A stretch of DNA of 64,000 bases from Paragordius varius (Eukaryota; Animalia; Nematomorpha). Positions 50,676 through 62,565 of the stretch are shown here, piece after piece. Every line of letters begins with the position of its first letter. Position 1 is the first letter of the stretch. The DNA lies in the NCBI GenBank assembly GCA_964247055.1, contig OZ176050.1:4588001-4652000 (forward strand). Direction: 5' to 3'. Made by a program: the position numbers and the translations under genes. The notes beneath the pieces were generated by a model that saw only the letters and a program-made list of their open reading frames with translations, ran no database searches and had not been told where the DNA came from.

Positions 50676-53620
50676 AAATTTAATTATGCAATGAAAAATA
50701 TTTATTTCTTTTATATTTATTAGATAAAAAAAACTTTATTAGACATTTTCCTCGACAACAATCATGTGCACAGAGATTTTTAAGGTGTCAATGCATTATA
50801 TATATTTGATCATATTTATGTCATCGGTTTCCATCTTACCCTTGTTTTTTCCCATCGTGGATGGGCACCAATCGTTATCAAACAAGACACGCTCATATTT
50901 AACTCAATGCATTTTAATTGCATGATTATCATCCCTTTAAGAAGGTAACATTTCTTTTGTAGAGACTATCAATTGAGGATGCTAATATATGTGCCTTTAT
51001 GTACTTTCTTTTAAGTCAGGTCCATTGCTTGTATCATCGTAATCTTGTATCGCGCGAAATACTTAATAAACTCGCTGTCTGAATAAATAAGGTTACATTT
51101 TGGCGATTAAATTCGCCACAGTTTACTCTAGTCATACTATCGAATTGCTATAAGTTTACCATATCCATGTATTTTTATCTTTTTTTACACATTGATATAA
51201 TTGCATTATTATATTTATACTGTTTATTTTCTTTTTGATATGAAAATTAGCACATCTATATGTTAATATAATAAATTTATTTGTTACCAATGTCTTGATA
51301 TATATATAAATAAAAAGTGGCTCTTTGGAATTTTGAGGTCGAAAAGGTGGCTCTTTAAGCGATTTGTGTTGGACACCCTCTGCTTTTGACACATAAAAAA
51401 AGGTAAAATTGTGAAAAACCTTATAATTTTTTCCTTTGGTATTTTTTAATCGCTAACAACTGACAAATAAATGTATATCATTATTAATATGATAATAATT
51501 TATTTTAAATCAATATTTTAGGCGGATTAAAAATTTATCAGCCGTTTGTTATTTGGTTGTCGACCATATTAATTCAGACTAAGTTGGAAAATTGAAAAAA
51601 AGTTTTTTATCCTATACGAAAGAATGATAATATATTCTAACCAAGTTTTTACAAGTTTTTGGGATAATACAAAACTACTTGAAAATGCCATCAAATTGAA
51701 AATAAATTGATCAAGTCTTGTATATCCATCAGCTGAGTATAAACTTTAGTTTTAAAATGTTGCGTATTAAATTTTTTGTGCCAAAGCTATTTCACCTTTT
51801 CCCTAAAACTTCGTTATATTCATTTTTTTGTACGCGATGACATTTTTAGGTTGTTTTCTACCACAGAACATAAAGTAGTAAACAAACTACCGTTTTGAAA
51901 GTTGTTTTGGTTAATATACTAACCCTTTTCCCCTGTAAAAAACTTAGAAATTTTGCATTTTGATTTCTCACAACTTCACACAACTCCAAAGCATGATTGA
52001 AACAAACAACTGATACTAAAATCGCTAATTAAAATTTGTTGATATAATGTGATCTAAATTTCCAAAATTATTATTTATATTTTTCTACTATAAAATATAT
52101 TTATTTGCATTTTTCGATTTAAATTAAAGAGAAAAATGGTGGCGAATGATTTTGAAATGAGGATTAGACTCCTAGAATTCACAAAACTATGAATATAAGC
52201 TTTTTAATATAGGTGAGAACAATGTTTGAAAATTAAATTTAACTAATCTAAAATTATAGTTTATTTAAAAAATTGAGCTCTGGGATATAAAATCACCCCA
52301 AAGGTGAACTAGGACAAAAATGTGAAAATAGAAAAAATGGCGGCAAGATTTGGATGAGGATTTTTTTAAATTTTACATTTATTTTATGAAGCTGCGCCCT
52401 AAAACCTAAAGGATGCATATTAAAATCGGTCTTATACTTTTTAAGATATTCAAATTTCAATCGCCCTGGGATATGAATCCCCCCCAAAAGGTCATATAAT
52501 GTTGATCCAATGATTTAAAATATTTATTAAATTATGTTTATATTAGATTTTAGCTGTATCATATGCAAAACTGTTTTTATACTAAATGACTTTTTGGTGT
52601 AGTTTTATAGACAGGGCAATATAAAATTTAATGATCATATAAAATAATTTTAACATCAGGCCAAATTTAAAAGCTTTCTTATCCGATTCAAATTGGTGTA
52701 AGTACTGCTGCCCAGACCATATTTTAACTGATAATACTTAAAAACTACTTAAAGAGACAATGCCAATTTAAATTTATGCTTTTTCCTAAAAAATATTTAT
52801 AAATAAGTCAAAACTAAAAATAATTTGTCTGGAAACAATGCTCCATATCAAACTATTTCGATCCCATTTTTCTACAACTATTTGTTTTCTTACACTGCGT
52901 CCAAAATCAAGAGTTATAAAAAATAACTTGATGAAATATAGATATTCTGATAGGAAAATGAATCAGGATTATCATGGGGCTTTTGGTTTTGCCCTTAAGT
53001 GTAATAGAAGAAAGTTAGATAGACTTTTATGGTAAGCGTTCCATCTTGGAAGCAAAATTTGCGCACATTTACACTTCAATCATGGTATTTAGATACCCCG
53101 GACTAAGTTGATATTTATAAAAAACTGAAAGAAACGGTTTATTGAAATCAAAACTAATTTTTTAATTTAATCACATCTCATTGATAGAACTAGAAAAAGT
53201 GGTTTTTTTATTATTTTTATTTTTAACTTTGGGTTTATCCATAATAATTCAATATATTTTTTTATATTTGGTTTATCAATGTTATAAAACGCAGTGTACA
53301 AAATCGGGGATCATGAAAAAATATTTTGATGAAATAAATATATTTTTTTAAAATATATTTGGTTTTGGCCCTTACGAGTACTATAAAAGAAAGTTATATA
53401 CACTTTTGTGCTAAGTGCTCCATATAAGAAAATGGAAAAATATGACCTTATTTTTTAATGACTTTTTTTGATGAAAGCTTAATGCTTTATTCTTAAAAAT
53501 ATCACTAAATGATATTACAAACTATTTATAAAAGCAAAACAACATTTTAATATTTTATTTTAAATGCGGGCTCCGAAAGACCTAATTTTTTGCTCTATCA
53601 AAACGGGCTAGTTCATTTAA

Positions 53621-54061
53621 GACCTCGAATCAAATTGGGGTATCTAAATATCCCTATATTTAAGTTGAAATTTTATAATTACTGAAAGAAACGGTCCTAA
53701 TTTAAATTTATTCCTATATCCTAATCAAAATTATAAAATCCCAAATATCGAAATAAAATTTGAAAAAATTTCCATATCAAACTTCTCCGACGCCATTTTT
53801 ATTTTGCAACATTTTTGCAAAATATCGTGTTTATTTGATTTTAAAGCTAAAATGAAAGCTAAATTTTCATTTGAATCACATCTAACATTGATAGAAACAG
53901 AAATTCTTTATATATTTCGGTTCATCAATGATAAAAATGTGCAAACTTTCGCTATAGTTTGAATTCATTCCATTTTTTAAAATATTTTTAATTTAAACAG
54001 GCCTGGGGCATTCAACTATCCCAATTTTCATTGAAGGACTAAAATAAATGTGTTTTAAGTG
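53621..54061 (-). mobile_element. piggyBac-type MITE, reverse copy with internal deletion
   Basis: TTAA at 53617-53620 and 54062-54065; degenerate ends. A further partial reverse copy lies at ~53060-53290. Confidence 0.7.
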
Positions 54062-54140
54062 TTAAAATAAACGCAAAGCCGGAATTGCGATAAAATTTTT
54101 AAATTCATCCTAAATATTGCCGTAAAAAAATATTTTTTAA

Positions 54141-54718
54141 CACTTGGATACAAGACACTCATTTAGTCATTTGATTCAAATTGGGGTTAGATACCCCAGG
54201 CCTGTTTAAAATCAAATACTTTAAAAAGTATGGACGAGATCAAAACTATGGGAAAGTTTTGCACTTATATAACATTAATAAACCGAAATATATAAAAAAT
54301 TTTATTAAAAAATACTGGATATTGCTTAATTTATGTTAAAACCGAAAGGTAAAAATTTCGTCAACCTAACATGTGTCAAATGATAAAATTGAAAAATAAT
54401 ACAAAATAAACCGCTTTTTCTATTTCTATCAATGTTAGATGTAATTTAAATAAAAAATCAGCATTAATTTTACTTTTAACATTAAATGAAGACGTGATTC
54501 TGCAAAAATTTTGTAAAATGAAAATGGCGTCGAAATAGTTTGACATCGAACTTTTTTTTCAAAACAAAATTTTAATTAGATATTTTGGTAAATTTATATA
54601 ATTTTTATTAGGATAGAAGCATAAATTTAAATTTGGACCGTTTCCTTTAGTAGTTTTATAAAAATATTAATTTATATTTAGTCTGGGGTATTTAGATACC
54701 CCAATTTGAATCGAAGTG
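54141..54718 (+). mobile_element. piggyBac-type MITE (578 bp)
   Basis: TTAA (54137-54140)|CACTTGGATACAA ... TTTGAATCGAAGTG|TTAA (54719-54722). Confidence 0.88.
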
Positions 54719-55396
54719 TTAAAATGCACATTCGAAGTCAATTTTTAGCGAAATTGTGTTGAGTTCTTTTTACTATTTTGAATAATGATGGAAACAGTCT
54801 AAAGCTTTTAGATATTGTAAAAGACGGTTTCTATATAATTTGATTTCGAACATTTTGTTCGTTTCAGAATTTCATTTAAAGTTATAATTTTAAATTTTGG
54901 TGAATTATTATAAAAACAGAATTTATATTTAATATAGTTTTTATATAAGCGTTTTTATTGTTTTATCATGCTCAAAAAAGGATGAAGTCTATTTTTAAAT
55001 TTGGTTAAAAATTTAATTTTTGTAAAAAGTATGAATTTTTTTTAAAAAAAATTTTTGTCAAAATTTAGCATATATTTAAGAATTATATAGACCAATCCCG
55101 GCATTTTTGCGTTTTTTGAAAAAATTTTGGGACTTTCTGAACACACGTCTAAAAATAAAAATATTATAATATTGATATGCTTTTTATGTGTTTATGATAT
55201 ATTTTAGTGATAATTTATTCCTCAAAAGAAATTGGTTACAAAAAATGTGCTTAAATTTTGCCATTTTCTGTTATGACTTACCACAAAAATCATATATTAT
55301 CACACAAGTGAAGAGGGTTTGATAAATAAACGATTGCCTATAATATTTCCAACAACTGTTAAACTCTTAAATAAATTAATTCAAACCACGCTGGAT

Positions 55397-58300
55397 ATGA
55401 ATTCAAATATTAAAATTATATCAGGCGCTGTAGTTACAAATTTAAAGCCATTTTTTTCCTACGATTCAAAGTAATAATATCATAATTTTTAGATTTTTGA
55501 TTGTTCCAAATTTTGACCAAATACGTATATTTGATATAACTCTCGGAGTGTGTAAGGGAGCTATAAGAAGTGACGATGAAAATGATTTTGTATACGCATG
55601 CTTAAACACAAAATATAAACTTCAAGTTGACTTTTTACTAAATTTTAGCTGTTAGCCATATCAAAATCTGGTAGTTTTATAACTTATGATTTAAACAATG
55701 GACATATTCTAAAAGTTAAATTTAAATTTTACAGTTTTATAGAAATATAAACTCAATATACCCCAAACAGTGTTTGCTCAAATTAACAATACTCTGTTGT
55801 ATTTTATAATGCCTAATAGAAGTATATTTATTATTTTAAAAATATATTAAGGTGGCAAAAATTATGATGTATGTTGTATTAATTCTCCTTTATACGATTC
55901 ATCCGCGCATGCAACTTCAATCAAATTGAAATATTTATTGTATGAAATTGAAAATGACCCTCATAAAATAACATTTCATTTATTAAATGTAAGATTTGTC
56001 ATACATTTTGTTAGAAATTTATTGCTGCCGTTTCACACAATAAACTGATGGTTTTATTTTTGAATCAAAACGATATTACTGCTTCAAAATTAACCAGGTA
56101 TTACTTCCCTAATATAAATTTTTTATGGATATATGAGATATATAATTTAACTTAAAATTGTGTGTTTAACCCATTAAGTTAATATATATTGGTTGCTTTT
56201 ATTTAGTTGTAAGCGTTTAATAAAATTACGGATTACAATCTTTATTTTTAGCATATTAAAAATTAAAAAAAAATGACTTTAAACAGGTATTTAAAGGCGA
56301 TTTACCTTAATAATACGATTGTTTGTCACTAAATTTATTATTATATATTAGTTAAATTTCTAAATTTATTAAGTTTTTGAAGAGATTATAAATTTTGGAG
56401 AAACATTGGCCATTATTTTTCACGAGACCCTTTTCAAAAAATATATACTGAATTTTTTACAATAAATAAATATTATTATATAATCCAAAAAAATATTCTC
56501 TAGATATTTCAATAAAATAAAATTAGATTAAATTATTGACTCAACGGTTCCAAAAATATTCATGGAATCTGAATTTTATAATAAATAAAAATCTTTCCTT
56601 AATCCGAAAATGACCTTGAAAATATGTTTGTTAAGAGGCAGAAGAGTCAGTGTGGAACCGGTGTGCGCTATTACAAAAACCTGATAGCTAATTTCTATCA
56701 TTTAACCTTTAACAATTTTATGATAACTAACTCGCTAATAAATTTATTTTTTTCATGAAATTTAGCCACCTAATAGGAAGTGATCGCTATTTTACATGTG
56801 TTTCAAGCCATCCGACTGATCTGTGTTTAGCCACAGGTGACAATACTGGACGAATCTTGATTTGGTAAGTTAATTACATTTTTAATTTCAGCCATAAATT
56901 TTTTGGTGATATTTTAATTAAAAAAAATTATAATACTTTTGCAGGACAAATTTACACGATAAACATCCGATAAAATCAATCTATCATTGGCATAGTTTAC
57001 CCCTTAATTGTTTAACATTCTCATCACACGGTAATAAATTTGTTTCACATTATATGTTTAAAATATGACCTTTTTATAAAAAATATAATATTAAAATGTA
57101 TCCTAATTAAATGACCTTTTTTCAAAAAATAAAATTAAACATTCGGAACTTTTGATTTGTATTTCTTGAAAGAAATTATAAATTGGTGTTTTTTGTAAAC
57201 AAATTTATGCCATTTTTTAATTTTACCTTATTAATAAAAAAAATTGTGGTTTTTCCTATACCATTTTTGCCAATAAGGTTCATATCTTTTGAGCGGTTCT
57301 CAAGAATGCGTATTAGTCAAATGGGACCTTAAAAATGAAGATAAGTCTTTTATGCCGCGATTTGAAGCCCCTATTGTGGATATAATTACTGCTGAAAACA
57401 ATAATCTAATTGCCATTCGACTCAAAGATCAAAGTATAAAATATGGCTTTTTGAATACATTTTTCCAAAAATAAAACAGAATTCCTAAAAAATTTTTCAT
57501 ATTGTATAATAGGTATTAAAATTATGGGATTTAATTATGAATTTCCCACTCAACTACATATATCTGGGCTCTTGATTGATTATGAGGATAGAAATAATAG
57601 CCTACGTCAAATAATGTTGGGTAATTCTAACCGATCGCTACACGATAGCAATAATATTAACACAGTTTTGATTGGAGAAGATAAAAGCTTGTTATATAAC
57701 CTGATATGTTCAAAGTAATAACTCAAAATTTTTGATATTTAAAGTTTCATATGTAGCTCTCTTGTATTAACTGTAACCTTTAATATATTTTTCATTTTTA
57801 TCCAATCAATTTATTCTATATATATATATATATATATATGCTATTATTTTTTCAACATTTTTCTGCGAACTTACATTTTCTATTTTCTGGAAAAGTAAAT
57901 GATTTAAATCTATTGACTTTTACAATTTTTTAGGTTAGATTCATTGCGACGATTAGAGATTGGATTATTACCATTTGCCTTGAAACAAAATCGAGCATTG
58001 TATAATAAAACTTCGAATCCCAAAATGGTAACAAATGGCCCCACTGGTTATATCCAATGTTACGACGCTTATGAGGATCGTTTAGTTTTCAAAGTATATT
58101 CCCATTATTTTAGAAAAATATATCAATCTTTTATAAATTAATAAATTTATAAATTCGAAACTTATTTGTAAGAACACGGGAACGGGTTTCACGAAAAATA
58201 ATCAAAATCTATGATTCAGAAATAATTACTCATTAGTCGGCATTGAAATGCGAAAAATCTTTTTTTTATGTCAATTTTTTTGATAAACACATAATGTTAT

Positions 58301-61300
58301 TATGGTCAAAGATTTAAAGCATTTATAACATAATTTATTTTTGTGGAAAAAAATGTAATAAATTTGAATATATCAATTTTCACAAAAATAGGTCAATTTA
58401 CAAAAATAATTGGTACAAACACATATTTGACTAAATAAAACAACATTCTCATTTAAACACTACGATTGATTGGGATATCATTTTTTTATTATTAATATTA
58501 TGTAGCTTGACATTTGCGGACAAAACAGAAAGATCCGATCTCGTCATGAACAACCCAGTAATGTAATTGTAACAAGGGTTGCTTTTGATACCAGTCGACC
58601 CACTTCATATGCCTATGAGTATATGGCTACATTTCAACTCTTAGAACATTATTTGAACCAACAACGGGGTGTAAATCAAGATTTTAATCAATTCTCACCT
58701 GAATACGTATTAAAGTTTTGGTGTTTTAACCGTGAAAAACGGAGGTAAACTATTGTGTTTTTGCGTTGTAATTCGCAAACTATATATATATTGTTTTACT
58801 TAAAGTATAATAGAATGTTGTTTTATTGGATGCTTAATGACTTTATCATAATGTCACATAGATTTAATATATATAGTTCTATATTAACTATTCAGCATTT
58901 ATATGTTTATGGATATTTTGATAAATTTTTATGAAAAATATGTACTAACTCATTTCACACAGTTTTTTTCAATCAGCCCTGGCAAGCGAGTTTTCAAACT
59001 TTTTTGTGGTACCTACAATTTATATCCTTACCTTTTAACAAGAATCTTTTAAGTATGTATTTTAGTCTTTTTATAATATTCGTTAACTATTTAATTTATA
59101 TCTAGCTATGTGTTAAACACTACCATTCCATTTCCTCACGATTTTAATGCCGTGTCTAATATGATTTTTTATCCTTCAATCATGCATGAAACCATTGATG
59201 AATTCAACAATCCTTCCGAAAATACCAGCATAAGAAATGCTTATTTGTCCAATCTTCGTTTATTAACATTGAGCGATGCTGATCCCATTATCCGGATATG
59301 GGCCATAACTTTTGAAAATATACCGTCTATTAATGGTATTAATTGTGTTTTTCTACAAATATTTTAACTCTAGGACAAATTAGTTAAATCTTAATTAAGT
59401 TTAAACTATCTTTCTAGATATAAAACGATCAATTTTATGTAATTATTTAGGGTGTATCATTTTTTATTTTTAAACAATCTTAAATTTTTAATATAACAAA
59501 CATTCTATCAAACGTGACCATTATTAATCTTAAGTTTTAATTCTTATCTAAAGAAGTATTCGAAAGATTTTTTAATATGTTTGTAAGAATTTTCCTACGT
59601 AAATTTAGTAATTATTTAAACTCGTAAATTTCATCAATTATTTTTTATCAATATTCCACATAATATTATTTTTAATAATGACATTGGGCATTGAACAGTT
59701 GCATAACAACTACAATCAATAATGACTTATTTAATCATGTGATTTCGGTTATAATAACCAACACTTAGTTTTTACAACTATCCCTATTCTTTTTGTTTAA
59801 ATGAGAAAATACATTATTAGTTTTTTATTAATATTGTAACCAGATAGTAATTACAACAACAATCTTATTGGCTAAAAGACAAATAATATTACTTTTTATT
59901 AGAAATTATTATATTTGTTTTGGTTTTTTTAGTCGTTAGGCATTATTGGTCATGCGTTTCTCGCATACGTTACAGTTACGATTATATACCTACTGGTGCC
60001 ATAACATATAAATTGATTGAAAGGATACCTTACATTTCCATCGTTTTTGCTGAAAAAACGGAAAATTATAATCATAATTTAATACTAAATGAACTATCCG
60101 AACTTCCAAACGAAGGTTTATCATTTTTAAAATTTTTTTTATAATATGATATCACACCAATTTAATTTATATAAATTTGATTTTTGAAATTTACTAGATT
60201 CCACGGATACAATATGTATGAGGGAAGGGAAAGAGTGTGATACAAAAAACAAAATTGTCCTATTTACACTGCCTAAATATTGTAATCGGGGTATTGCATT
60301 TAACGCTTTGCTTGAACAACAAGGAAATGAATTAGCTATTACGGATGAGAGTCCTTCCATTTTAGTGTCTTCCAATAATGACATAAAGTTTTTATTGTTT
60401 TTTTAATACGACAATTTTAGATTTGGAAAAATTTAAAACTTTTAAATTTTGCAATTTTTATTACAAATTATATTTAATAGGTTTGTCACATACGCTTACA
60501 ATCAGCCATATAATCGAGATCAACAATATAACAATAACCATCATTCATCATTATATATCATCGGAATAAATTTTACCCATATCTATGTTTGCTATTTTGG
60601 GGTAAAACGCCTTCGAGATATAATTAATAACCCTAGCGATAATTATTATCAAATGCCATACATACACCAAGTTATTGATATAAATGAAAGTGTATCATCT
60701 TCTTATCATCTAACCAATTCTTTGGTAACCGCAAACAGCGATAACGAACCAAAGGAAAATGTACCTTCAAATAATAAAAAATCTGGCAATCGGTATATTA
60801 TTACATCCCTCACTAAAGTATTCAAGGATAAAACGATGGTTAGTTCCACCCTAAACACTGAAAAATTAATTGGAAGCCAATCTGAGACTCAAAAAATGCA
60901 GGATAGTAAAATTCAACAGCAAAAGATGTTTGTTGAAAAATGTTGTTCACTCTATGCTTTTGTATATGATATTGTTGATGGTAAATAAAAATATTATTTT
61001 TTGCAAATTTATAATATTCACAAAAACCTTAAATTTTTTACAAGAAAATCGGTAGTATATTGCCCAAGCACCCTTAAATTATTAAAGCTAAATTATTTTT
61101 TCTAATCAAACTAAGAATATATACTTATATATGTTGTAAAATACATATACCTTTTTTCATTTCGTCCGTATTTATCGGATTATATCGTTTATACCTCTCA
61201 TACATTAAACATTATAATCTGATTTATTCTTGTTAGATTCATCTTTCATCATGTTATTTGAAAATTTGTTTGACAGTCCTAACCCACAGTCTACAGCTTT

Positions 61301-62297
61301 TACTAAGATAGATATACCTAAGCCACCCTCACTTTTTCCGAAATTGCCATTTGAACAAACTTTTGAAACTGATATTCAAAATAATATAATTGATGGTCAA
61401 AATAATATGATTTTGCATTCCCTTTACATACGAGAATATATTGATAATCGTGTAACGAGCAAAAGTTTTATGATATATTTTATGGATGCTAACCAGGTTA
61501 AATTTGCAAATATTATGTTAAAATTTTTTATATTGTGATTTATATTTTTTGCAATTACATATTAGGGTTTTTATCTTAATTAATCAAAAACCACTAAAAA
61601 ATATTTGCCCAAATTTACCGTTTGTATAAAAATCTAATCAATCAAAAATTCTATCAGAAAATACCTTTAAAATTTTGGATTTTATTTTAAATTTGGTATT
61701 GAAATAAAAAATATAAATTCTATCACGACTTATTGAATGTTTGTGTTTTACCCCTATAGAGACTGTATAAATTTATACCTATTGCCGGTAAAAAAACTAA
61801 TGATCCTATTGAAAAGGAACCATCATTTCTCGAACATTACAATTTGTATGAAACTATGCATGATCCACATCTTTTTTCCATTGAACAAAAAATGTTAATG
61901 GATAAACTAATTAATGATTATGGCAAGACAAAAAAATCAACCAACAAACTTAAAAATAAATTACGTAAAAAACTAAACGTACCACCACCAAAGACAACCG
62001 AATTAATCAAATTGTTTGATCAAAAGGCAAACGATACAAGTCAAAATATAATTTCCGCTGATGATGATGAGCATAATATGGGTAATTTTTTATCACAAAA
62101 AATTTATACATAATTTTGTTTATATGGTTAGAAAATATTATAAATGATATTTCTCCATTTTAGATCAACATTTGGCAGCACAAATAAATCCTTTGCAAAC
62201 ATCGTTGGCCAATACATATCACACAAAAAAACAAAAAGCGAAACAATTAAAGGATATTGTAAGCTTTAATTCATTTTCCGAATTTTATAACATTTGA
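55397..62297 (+). CDS. WDR75: WD repeat protein 75 / UTP17 (SSU processome t-UTP), 19 exons, ~1110 aa
   Basis: Exons 55397-55470, 55493-55625, 55649-55714, 55743-55821, 55852-55988, 56015-56097, 56766-56864, 56945-57030, 57278-57433, 57513-57714, 57934-58093, 58506-58744, 59106-59335, 59933-60115, 60198-60387, 60481-60980, 61237-61496, 61760-62081, 62164-62297; phases compatible, 3333 nt. Motifs match recalled WDR75: FSYDSK, FTCVSSHPTD..LATGDNTGRILIW, YHWH, LLSGSQECVLVKW, FMPRF, NGPTGYIQCY, LDI..QN, LKFW, LNT.I.FPH. A GTAAGC donor at 62259 could alternatively continue the gene. Confidence 0.88.
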
Positions 62298-62565
62298 GTT
62301 GCATATATTAAGGAAAAATATGTATCCACAATTTGATTATATTTTAAAAAATCTAAATAAAGGATAATATATTATATTAAATAAAATATCAGAGCTAAGC
62401 TGATATAAAATTTAGATTTTTGTATACAATACTAAATAATTGATTAGTAATTACTCCAAATATAATAAAAAATTTAAATAAGATCCAAATTTTATTTACA
62501 AAAAATAGGATCTTTACATCTTTTTTATTTTATTAAATTTTCAATTTGTGTTTATCATTATGAAA

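Larger units (their letters stand above)
48349..51382 (+). mobile_element. hAT superfamily DNA transposon (Buster/Charlie/SPIN-like), full length, decayed
   Basis: TIRs CAGGGGTGTCCAAC (48349) and GTTGGACACCCTCTG (to 51382, one extra T). 8-bp TSD CTTTAGAC / CTTTTGAC. Subterminal GTGGCTC motifs at both ends. Confidence 0.92.

Noticed and set aside
55715-55734. An even shorter 20-nt intron using the CAG at 55732-55734
   Set aside because: That acceptor leads to a stop at 55807-55809; the TAG at 55740-55742 (28 nt) keeps the frame.
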